In this document: positions 53,400 to 64,000 of the stretch, one piece after another
How the letters are laid out: every line of letters begins with the position of its first letter
How positions within the stretch are numbered: the first letter of the stretch is position 1
Assembly: GCA_951406725.2 (NCBI GenBank)
Contig: OX597822.1
Location: 10,230,001-10,294,000 of the forward strand
DNA: 64,000 nt
Origin: Octopus vulgaris
Lineage: Eukaryota
Direction: 5' to 3'
The notes under the pieces: model-generated
Database searches by the model: none
The model's input: only the letters and a program-made list of their open reading frames with translations
Told to the model about the DNA's origin: nothing
Made by a program: the position numbers and the translations under genes

Positions 53400-54376
53400 C
53401 GTGGGTTCTAATTCTTATGAATACGGCGGGTGTGGAAGCGATACCATGTTTTGGGCGAGAAATTCACGAGTGGGGAGAATTTGGTATCAGGGTGCATTGT
53501 TATTGTGAAGAATCCAATTCTTCGTGATTCGCAGATCCGATCACTTACACCGAATCTCTCTCTCTCTCAAACGCTTCAAAATGTCGCAGTTGAACTAACT
53601 CTCGACTGGCGAACTGGCACTGCGGGACGAATTCTCGATACACAATACCGCAGATGTCAAAAACGAAAAATATGATGAGCATGCTCTTGATTGAGCTGCG
53701 AATGTGTTGTGCCTTCTTCGCTCAAGGAGCTCAAAGCCTCCTCCACTGCGACGACAGCTGCTTCATCTCTGGGTCGTACCCATAGACCCAACGCTCGTCA
53801 CCAGTGATGATGCTCGGCATGAAAGATAGGTCACCAGTAGCACTCTGACAGAGATCTTGACAGACTTCGACGCGATTTTCTTTCTGCTTAGTGATTAGCA
53901 AACAGGGGGACAAACTTGACAGAGCACGCTGCATGTTCACCACAGACAATTTCATGCTCAAACCGATGAATTTTTTCTACATTTCCGGGGGTGAGGCTCG
54001 TGATTCCATATTGCTCATTGCCTTCCAGGGACGTTCTTCTGTTTTTTGAAGTGCCCGTGCCTTTCGAAATATTGCACACGACCCATTGTCTCGTCGCTGA
54101 ATGCTTGCCGAAGCATGCTCAATGCCTTTGTAACCCTGAAGTTTAAGGCAAAATTACACGTTGGCTCTTTGTTCCTGTGCATGCCAAAATCGCAGAATAT
54201 ATCATGCATTTGATCACAAAGACAGAAATTTCACAACTGTTGAAGTAAACACAACGATGTCACTCGGCTCCCTGCCTCATGAAGGTCACTGCTAGCTCTC
54301 ACTGCACACATAACCATGTGCTGCCATCTGCCGGTGCGCTACAAGACTAGTCCGGGAACTATTTGATACCACCTCG
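53400..54376 (-). mobile_element. Decayed mariner transposase with one terminus
   Basis: LSMLRQAFSDETMGR, IITGDERWVYGYDPEMK, KSMLIIF, WILHNNNAP and LPHPPYS. The terminus reads (TA)cgaggtggtatcaaatagttcc at 54378. Confidence 0.9.
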
Positions 54377-55682
54377 TAGAGTGTGCATGAGTAACTCACG
54401 CCTACGCCCCCCCCCACCCATCATGAACATCTACATCCACCCAACCATATTCTTGTAATGATCTAGCCAGAACGGAACATACAGAAAATGAAAGAAACGT
54501 GGAGGTGAGATGCTGCATCGGCAATCAGTTGAGCCAGACTAGGGCAATGTAAAATGACATGCCTAACTCAAGGAAAAAAAAACACACTGCTTGCTTCAAG
54601 AATGAAACCCGGCCCCCAGCGTCATTGGGATCATGAGCACAGCAACTTGACCATTAAGGCCACGCCTTTACACACACGCTCGTACACGCAGGTTTGCACG
54701 TGCGTGTTTTTCTTTTTATTTGAGAAAATACAGCAAAATAGAAATACAGTAATAGAAGAAATATATAAATTTTGAGAGGGGGGAGGAGGAAGAGCGAGAA
54801 TATATCATGCATGTCTAAGTGAAAAATTGAGAGCGTGAGGGTGAGTGAGAAAGATGAGTGAGGGGGAAATAGACAGATAGATGTACTCGCACTCTCTCGC
54901 TCTCTTGCCCTTTATAAATACATACATATGTACGTATGTATGTATGTATGTATGTATGTATGTATGTATGTATGTATGTATGTTTGTATGTATGTATGCA
55001 TGTATGCATGTGTGTGTATATATATATGTACATTATATATACGTATGTATGTATGTATGTATGTATGTATGTGTATGTGTGTGTATATATATATGTACAT
55101 TATATATGTATGTACATGAGTGTACATGCGTCTGTGTGAATGTTAGTGCGCAGAAACAGATACACAACACAAACACACGTACACATACGCTTACATGCAC
55201 ACATAAACGGAAACAAGGAGGCAGTTTAAGAAGGAATTATACTGTCTCATTGAAGAATCAGCGTTTGCTAACTACCTCTGTGTCTAAGCAGTCTTTGATA
55301 TGGTGCTCAGGCCAGTTATGTGAGAATGTCCGCCATTGATAAGACTGCTTTATCGAAACATTTATCATTCATTTAGATTTTCCTTTAATCTTTCAACAAC
55401 TGCAAGCTCTGATTGGTTCCTATTTAGCTGGTTGTTGTTGTTGTTGTTGTGTTGTGTGTTCTCATTTCTTTGAAGATGAAGAAAACTTTCGCGCTAGTAG
55501 AGGCTTGTGGAATGTTTCCTATATATATATATATATATATGTATTTATACATACATTTAATACATGCATACATGTACTCATACACATGCATACAGACACA
55601 CATACTTATATTCATACATACGTACACACACAAACACATATACGCAAACATATGTACACACACACACGCACACATACATATA

Positions 55683-55746
<64 letters not shown>

Positions 55747-55884
55747 TATGTACAACTATATACGATATGTATTGTTTCTGAATTGTTCTCAGCTAATATA
55801 ATACACAACAGAATTCTTTCTGAGCGATAACTGCATATCTGTAAATTAGTCTGGTGGATGTTGTGGTGGTAGTGGTGGTGATTT

Positions 55885-55946
<62 letters not shown>

Positions 55947-56288
55947 ATGGTGGTGGTGATTGTCTTTTATCCGTCATTTAACCGATGTCTATTCAATTGT
56001 TCGACTAACTGAAACTCGTATTCGTTAGTTTAGCAAGCAAATGGTTGAGTGTACCGCGCATACGTGTACTCTTAATTTAATTTTCAGTTTCATTCAAATT
56101 GACAGGGCATAACAAACCTGATTCTATTAAATTACCCCCAATACGATTACAAAAAAGACACCTGTCAAGCTGCCACACATTGGGATCGAACTCGTGATAT
56201 TGTAATTACAATGCTAACTGTGTAATCTTCAGCTACGTCCGGTTTTAAACCAGCCCTTTAATTTATCGCAGTATTTATTTCACCATTA

Positions 56289-56870
56289 GGCGGTGAGCTG
56301 GCATTTCGTCCATCTTTACGCTCTGAGTTCAAATTCTGGCGAGGTCGATTTTGTTTTCCACAAAATAATTACCAGTTGTAGACTAGGCTTGAAATAATCG
56401 ACTGACCCTCTTCTTCGGACTTGCTGGCCTTGTGCCAACATTTTAACTCAGTATTCTGTCATTAAGGCAGTGAGCTGGCAGAAATATTTGCAGTCCGGAC
56501 AAAATCCTCAGCGGTATTTTGTCCGTGTTTAAGTTCTGAATTCAAATCCCACCGAGGTCAACATCATCACTTGGGAGTCGATAAATTAAATACCAGTTTA
56601 ACCTCACTCCCACCAAATTTCAGACCTTGTGCTTATATTAGAAAGGAATACTCATTTTCTCATTAAAGCGGCGAGTTGGTAGAATCGTTAGCACGCCCGG
56701 CAAAGTGCTTAGCGGAATTTCGTCCGTCTTTACGAACTGAGTTCAAATTCCGTCGAGGTCAGTTTTGTCTTTTATTCTTTTGGGGTCGATAAAATAAATA
56801 CCAGTCAAACAATGGAGTCGATATAATTGACTTATTCCGACCCACGGAATTGCCAAAATTTGAAACCAAT
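56289..56870 (+). mobile_element. Three diverged SINE A copies head to tail
   Basis: Heads at about 56289, 56466 and 56668, each with a g(a/g)ttcaaat B box. Confidence 0.8.
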
Positions 56871-57822
56871 ATTTATTTTATGATTGATACTGTACAAAGC
56901 CAAGAATTTTTGGATGATGTGGGTGTGATAGGGTCGTAGGTGTTTGTAGACAATAACCAATTAAATTGATGCTGGTCCTTGGCTGCTACCATTTTCAACA
57001 ATACTGGAAGCATTGAAAGACGATTTAAATTTTAACACTGGTGGCTTTTGAACTCAGGACCTCAAAAACTATAACTAAATGCTTTGTATTCATTGCATTC
57101 ATCACAATTCTGCTAAATTCCTCAGACTGATGTCTAAGGAGAGGTTAGTGGATTTAACCGAACCCCAGTATATGACTAGTTTTTAATGATCCCATCTCAG
57201 AAACATAAAATATGTTGCTGACCCCAGTAGAATTTGAAGACATTACACAAAGAAAATACCACAAGAATTTCGATCATAGCTCTACAGATTCTGCCAACCA
57301 GTGATCTTTCGTACGTCAATAATTTGTCGATATTGCTCATTTCTGTTAGATTCCTATTGCAATAATAGTTTGCTTGTTATAATTAGATATATCATTGATT
57401 CCTACGATATAATTAGAGGACATGATGCATTTGATATCCTTATTGAGCATCTGAAGGCACTTTGTCTAGTGGCTAGGTTAATGGTTGTAGTGTCGATTCC
57501 TGGTACTGGTAAATCGTCATGATTGTGAGACTTTGAGTAAGGCATTTTCTTCTGCATTGCTCTTTTATTTTCAACCAAATTTTAGTGCTACTCTCACCCT
57601 CTCCAGCTGTCCATTCCTGACGGTCTACTCGGCCAAGAGTTGAAGAGCATGAATAGGAGGGAGATTCCAAAGGGCTGATGTTCTGGACACAGCAAACTTA
57701 ATAAGAGGTGGATAGACGAGTGGTGTAACATTAACTTTGTGTACTTATTTCTATTCCTTTCCGTAGTTTGATCCCCCATATTCAAGATACAAATTTTATT
57801 ATATATATATATATATACATCT

Positions 57823-58028
57823 TTCAGTATGTGACCTCGTGAGAACCACTGGCGATTTTTTTTCCTCTGTCTTCCCTTCTCTGGATATTTCCTTCTCCTA
57901 TGTTTCCGACGAAGAGCTCCGCTCGAAACGTTAAACCCTCCTTCTTCCCTTCTTTCCTGAGCGTCCAATAATACTTTATTTGTTCCACGTCCTTGCGTTG
58001 TTGTGTTTTTTTGTTTTCTTGTTTGGAT

Positions 58029-58033
<5 letters not shown>
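57823..58033 (+). mobile_element. Short (~210 bp) Penelope-terminal-like element beside (TA)n
   Basis: Second, uninterrupted copy of the element at 13993. Carries a hammerhead motif. Confidence 0.8.
57902..57936 (+). ncRNA. Minimal type I hammerhead ribozyme motif (U4C variant)
   Basis: GTTT-CCGACGA-A-GAGC-TCC-GCTC-GAAAC-GTT-AAAC: stem I GTTT/AAAC, stem II GAGC/GCTC, palindromic AACGTT stem III and predicted GUU site. Confidence 0.65.
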
Positions 58034-58075
<42 letters not shown>

Positions 58076-58881
58076 ACTCCAGTGGAGTCATGCTAACTTG
58101 TGCTTTTGAACAGCAAGAAAAGAAGAAAAAAAGAAAGCCAAATCAAAACGAAACAAAACAAAAAGCCTTGATCACCACCTATATCAAGGAAGATCCACCG
58201 TACCGAAATTCCTTCTAAATAATGGGTCTCATTGTCACCGAGGATTTCTTCTGCTCTCAGTAGCACCTCCTTAGCCTAGCTTGCACTGCAAAACAGAGAC
58301 TAGTCTTCTTTTCAGAGCCAGAAGATACTTCATCAATCGAAATTTGCTAAGTCCATACAAGTCTCGAACGAGGTCCAAAATGGCGTGCTGCCCCCACATC
58401 TAGCGCAGTGCAGCTTATTCGCAAAAGGACATCCTGACCTCATACAAACAAGAGTCACTGTATTGATTACCATTCAGTCACTGACGGAGATTTTCCAGCT
58501 TCAGGACGACAGTTGTACTGTCTGTTCGTTGACTTTTCTGTCACCAGAATAATGTTATTTTGGATGCAAGATGGCTTTAAATTCAAAATGGTTTATCAAC
58601 AAAATCTGTAGACAGGATGATTGATAAGGTTTTTAGTCACAGTTATACACAATGTCTGTATTACATATATCTTGGGTCATTTACGTTCTACATTAGTCTG
58701 CAGTTTAATACTTTCATTCATATTCCTTCAATCATTAACTCTCCCTCTCTTCTCAAAAACATACTTTTCTCTTTCCCTCTCTCATACACACACACCACTC
58801 TCACTCCTTCTGTACGTACGTAAGCTTATATACGTGTGTGTGAGTGTGCACACACCTATATATATAAATGCAGATATATGC

Positions 58882-58942
<61 letters not shown>

Positions 58943-58960
58943 CCCATGTATATGTATATA

Positions 58961-59010
<50 letters not shown>

Positions 59011-59124
59011 ATATGCATGTAATGTAAGTATATATATACATGTATGTATATGTATGTATTATATATATATATATATATATGTTATATATATATATATAGG
59101 TATATATATACATGTATCTATATG

Positions 59125-59243
<119 letters not shown>

Positions 59244-59513
59244 TGGCAGCACCTTTTAGTTAGGTTGGATTTATGTTCACATATTTATGTCAAATACATA
59301 ATTGCGACATATAAATCAAACCGTATCATAGAAATGTATGAGTCTACTAGTGTATATTTACACACGAAGATATGCACATACACACGCGCATGCATGTGCA
59401 CAGACAGACGCATATAAATCTCTTCATTTTATGAATTTACTCGTATAATTAATCAATTACGTCATTCTTATGTTTTTTTTGTAGTTTTTGTTTTCAAAAA
59501 TATATATATTATA

Positions 59514-59685
59514 GGCGCATGAGTGGCTGTGTGGTAAGTAGCTTGTTTACAAACCGTATGGTTCCGGGTTCAGTCCCACTGCGTGACACCTTGGGCAAGT
59601 GTCTTCTACTAATAACCTCGGGCCGACCAAAGCCTTGTGAGTAGATTTGGTAGACGGAAACTGAAAGAAGCCCGTCGTATATATG

Positions 59686-59722
<37 letters not shown>

Positions 59723-59933
59723 TTGTGTTTGTCCCCCTAGCATTGCTTGACAACCGATGCTGGTGTATTTATGTCCTCGTTACTTAGTGGTTCGGCAAAA
59801 GAGACCGATAGAATAAGTACTAGGCTTACAAAAGACTAAGTCCCGGGGTCGAGTTGTTCGATTAAAGGCGGTACTCCAGCATGGCCGGAGTCAAATGACT
59901 GAAACAAGTAAAAGAGTTAAAAGAGTAAAGAGT
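59514..59933 (+). mobile_element. SINE family B, young full-length copy
   Basis: ggcgcatgagtggctgtgtggtaag...GGTTCAGTCCC...caccttgggcaagtg...tail. Confidence 0.93.
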
Positions 59934-61681
59934 ATTATGTACACACACATATACACACAAACTTCGTCTCTTTCTCTCACTTTCATACACACAGACACAC
60001 AGACACACAGACACACACACACTCACACACATACACGTTTTTTTATAGAACTATATAACCATATCTGTCTCTCTCACGCTGTCGCTGTCTCAATATTTGC
60101 AAGTATATATCTTTATATATATATATGTATATGCATATACATATACATATAATATATACGTACGTATATATATATGCATAGATATATGCGCGTGTGTATA
60201 TATATGTATATATATATATATGTGGGTTTGTGTAGGTGTTTGTGTGTGTATGTGTGTGTGTGTTTGTGTGTGTGTGTATGTGTGTGTGTGTATGTGTGTG
60301 TATAAAATTTAACTTAAGCTCAGGAATGTTAATTCAAAACACCACATCGTCAATACCACTACCACCACCACCAACAACAACAACAACATCAGCAACAACA
60401 CAGCCACCACAACCACAATCACCACCGCTATCACCACCATCACCGCCATTAACCTTGCGTGTCTGAACACTACCAGATCAAGAGACAGTGCATCGCTATA
60501 TGGAAAAACGCACAGCGTTTCGTAGATTTTCGTCTTGAACATATGAAGAAAATATAGCGTCTAGATTCGTTGGATTTGTAAATGAGGAACTTTACGTTCT
60601 GGACACACAGGCCTATCTAAAGACTTTGTCGTTCTGTAGATGGCAGGATGCTGTTTTTTCTAAAGTTTCATCAGTGGAAAACAACCTTTGTGCTTACCGT
60701 GGAAAATTTATGACAAGCGTGAAAGATTTGTTGTCAGGGATATTTCACTTATCTGAAGGCGAAGAAAGAAGTCACGTCTTATGGCAAACTGGTTGAATGG
60801 TTGATATTCTGGCTATTTTTCGCAAGCAGGGAGTCATGCTTGTGTTAAAATGAATGCTTAATAATCTTTATTAGTTGGATTAATATATATGTAAATTACC
60901 TTCATTAGTCCCGTGGACGTCACAGTTTCATAGACAGACAGACAGACATATAGGTAGATGGATGGATAGATAGATAAACATATACATATGTATACATCCC
61001 ACACACATATATACATACATACATATATATATATTTCAAACATTTTTATAAAATCATAACCAGAAAATTTAACAAAAACAAACGGAAAATTCGTAGCTAA
61101 TTCTTGATCAGTCACCGTCCAAGAGATCATAATGGTTTTGCGCCACTCACGCACACACATAAACATGCAGACAGAGAGACAGACAGACAAAGAGATACAC
61201 ACAAACACACACACAGACACACATCTTCTGCTAAAATCAAGAACTTCCAACATCCAATGTTAGAAACTCGCAGACAGAAAAATCAGGTCAACCTCCCTCA
61301 TATTACACCTTGCCAATTCTGAGTAGCGAATGAACAAACTGTGTGGCTTTGTACCGCTAAGAAGACGGAGAGACAAAGCTGGATTATCTTTGGTCGTAGA
61401 ACCGTACGTCAACGACTTCGTTTATATTTCTGTAACAGATAGCAGTCATTAGACAACGGTCATGTCGGTGTACAACTGTCAATGAATTTAATGGATAATG
61501 TCAACCGCAGTAGATATCCGGAACTATTTCATCCTTCTCATGACATAGAATATCTAAAGTAGACAGTGAAGTGGAAGGAGATCATTTTATCACAGAGGAA
61601 TACTGGAGGGTACTTCTATTCAAATGGATCATACTGATATCAACATACAAAAATACACGAACATATATATATGTTTATATA

Positions 61682-62236
61682 TTGGGTTGTCCGCAAAGTT
61701 CGTGCCGATTTATAGCAGCTTACTTTTCGACTTATGGTTGAGTCCATAAAATAGGATTTGACTACACCTCCATTTAGAGCAGAGTTTAAGCTATCTTTTC
61801 GTGGAAGAAGGTTTATGTTCCTATAACCAGTGTTAATTCTGTAACCCTTTAAAATGGAAGATAAGAAAGTTCATTTTCGGCACTTGATGTTTTGGGAACC
61901 AGACAAAAATTGCTGCAGCTCGGCTGGGATGTGCTATCCCACCTTCCATATTCATCAGATATTGCTCCTTCAGATTTCCACTTATTCATCACTCTGCAGA
62001 ATAGTCTTAACGGTAAAAATTTCAATTCCTTAGATGACGTAAAAAGATACCTTGATGAATTATTTGCCATGAAACCACCTCAATTCTGGGAAGAGGGTAT
62101 TTTCAAGTTAAAGGAAAGATAGAGACGCATTGTCAACAAAATGGTTCATATTTGGTTGATTAAAAATGTAATGGCAAGTATTTATTGACCTTGCTCTTTC
62201 CTTTAAAAATCGGCACGAACTTTCCGGACAACCCAA
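61682..62236 (+). mobile_element. Internally deleted mariner (DD34D) element
   Basis: ~30-bp TIRs ttgggttgtccg(c/g)aaagttcgtgccgattt with TA TSDs. MEDKKVHFRHLM is fused to GWDVLSHLPYSSDIAPSDFHLF. Confidence 0.93.
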
Positions 62237-62450
62237 TATATATACATACATACATTCACTCATTGAGATGCATCGTCTATAGGCAATATACGTTTTTAGT
62301 GAACGCCATGGCGTGAACAAATATAAGCAAATGGCTGATTGACCTGACCATGCGTTGGTTCTTGTTGGACTCTGAACGAACACCAAAAAGAATAGAAAAA
62401 AGCTGCAAATACAATAACATTCAACTAATGTAAATAAAAATAATAGTAAA

Positions 62451-62847
62451 CAGGAGGAGTGGCTGCGTGGTAAGTAGCTTGCTTACCAACCACATGGTTC
62501 CGAGTTCAGTCCCACTGCGTGGCATCTTGGGCAAGTGTCTTCTACTATAGCTTCGGGCCAACCAAATCCTTGTGAGTGGATTTGGTAGACGCAAACTGAA
62601 AGAAGCCCGTCGTATATATGTACGTATATATATATGTGTGTGTCTGTGTTTGTCCCCCAAGCATTGCTTGACAACCGATGCTGGTATGTTTAAGTCCCCG
62701 TCACTTAGCGGTTCGGCAAAAGAGACCGATAGAATAAGTACTGGGCTTACAAAGAATAAGTCCTGGGGTCGATTTGCTCGACTAAAGGCGGTGCTCCAGC
62801 ATGGCCGCAGTCAAATGACTGAAACAAGTAAAAGAGAAAAGAGTAAA
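62451..62847 (+). mobile_element. SINE family B
   Basis: Colinear with 59514-59933. Confidence 0.92.
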
Positions 62848-62952
62848 CAAAAGGACTTTAAGGGTTATTGACTTTGAATTTTATTTATAGAAACACTTAA
62901 TGACTATATATGTATACACACATACATTTATACACATCTATGAACATATATA

Positions 62953-62990
<38 letters not shown>

Positions 62991-62996
<6 letters not shown>

Positions 62997-63225
62997 TGGT
63001 GCATAATTATTGCGCTTTATTTTTTTTATTTCTTCAATAAAAAGCAATAACAATATTGATCATGAACATCTTTATATGACGGTCTGACCGTCTGCCAAGC
63101 AAATGGGAAGCAGTAATTGAAGTAGATGGTGAATATGCTCCGGAATAATCATCTAAAGATGATTTTGTTACATGTTGTTATTATATATTGTTGAAAAAAG
63201 CCGCAATAATTATGCACCAATCCAA
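62991..63225 (+). mobile_element. Mariner-derived MITE, same family as 22747, opposite orientation
   Basis: TIRs gggttggtgcataattattgcg / cgcaataattatgcaccaatccaa. Inserted in (TA)n. Confidence 0.9.
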
Positions 63226-64000
63226 TATATATATATATATATATGCATTGGTGTATATCTAGACATAAATAGTTACACACAAATGTATATTATGGATGTA
63301 ATACGGTATTACGAAATGGAAAATGTTATTCTTTATGACCCTGCTCATTTTGTCTTCTGTGTAGCTAACATGATTGCGTCAAATGCTGTTAGTACGATGG
63401 TAACGTTTTCAAGAAAGAGGAGGTGGAGGAAGAGGTGAAGAAGGAGATTATTTCAATGATGTTAGTGTATTTTTTCAGTCCATTTGCTTTTGTGCCAGTT
63501 TTTCTTTATAATTACTCTTTGCTTTTCAATATCTAAATAAATTTCTCTTGTTTGCCTGCTTTGAATTTCGGTTGCTAATATTTTCATTAATTCTTCTTAC
63601 ATCCATTTTTCAATGAGTTGATTTCACAATTGATCTGTACTTTTAAATATTCCTTGTCTCCCTAACACAATCGTAGGCGCACCGTGACATTTACGGCGTG
63701 AATTAGGCGTTTTAGGCCTTGTGAGTGTATTCCTCTCCAATCAGGTCTGATTACAGAATGAGAAAATTAAAACAATAAACAAGAAACAGGCGGAAAGAAA
63801 GTGGCAGTAAAATCGATTCCAGGCGAAGGGATGACAAAGCTGCTTTCAGAAGGTTTCCAAATCAAAGTAATGAGAGAAAACAAAATTGTAACAGTCTACC
63901 TAAAACTCAAACGACCGCACCAACGGTTCGCCTATATCTGATATAATATTGTCATATTTTCACTGATATTTCTGTTTCGTTAATATTTTTACATCAGTCA

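Overview
Eukaryotic, AT-rich, gene-poor DNA with no recognisable host exon, RNA gene or CRISPR array. It is most likely an intergenic or long-intron region of an octopus (coleoid cephalopod) genome, inferred from the very heavy microsatellite load and the tRNA-derived SINE families. Nearly all ORF-track hits are translated simple repeats or decayed transposons. The window holds three tRNA-headed SINE families (called A, B and C here) and LINE fragments (R4/Dong-like, CR1-group, RTE). It also holds a Penelope-like element, Tc1/mariner/maT remnants and MITEs, and a non-autonomous Helitron with exact ends. Four observations stand out: (1) a ~555-bp non-coding repeat without a tRNA head (family D; six copies) that lies in (AAT)n tracts with the same polarity as the Dong-like LINEs and is 5'-truncated, so it is a candidate microsatellite-targeted non-autonomous partner; (2) short (TA)n-associated elements carrying minimal hammerhead-ribozyme motifs of the Penelope type; (3) a Helitron that splits a D copy exactly at A|T; (4) SINE/LINE 3'-tail sharing and SINE tail swapping. 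All alignments were done by eye and no database search was possible, so novelty is untested and many boundaries are approximate.
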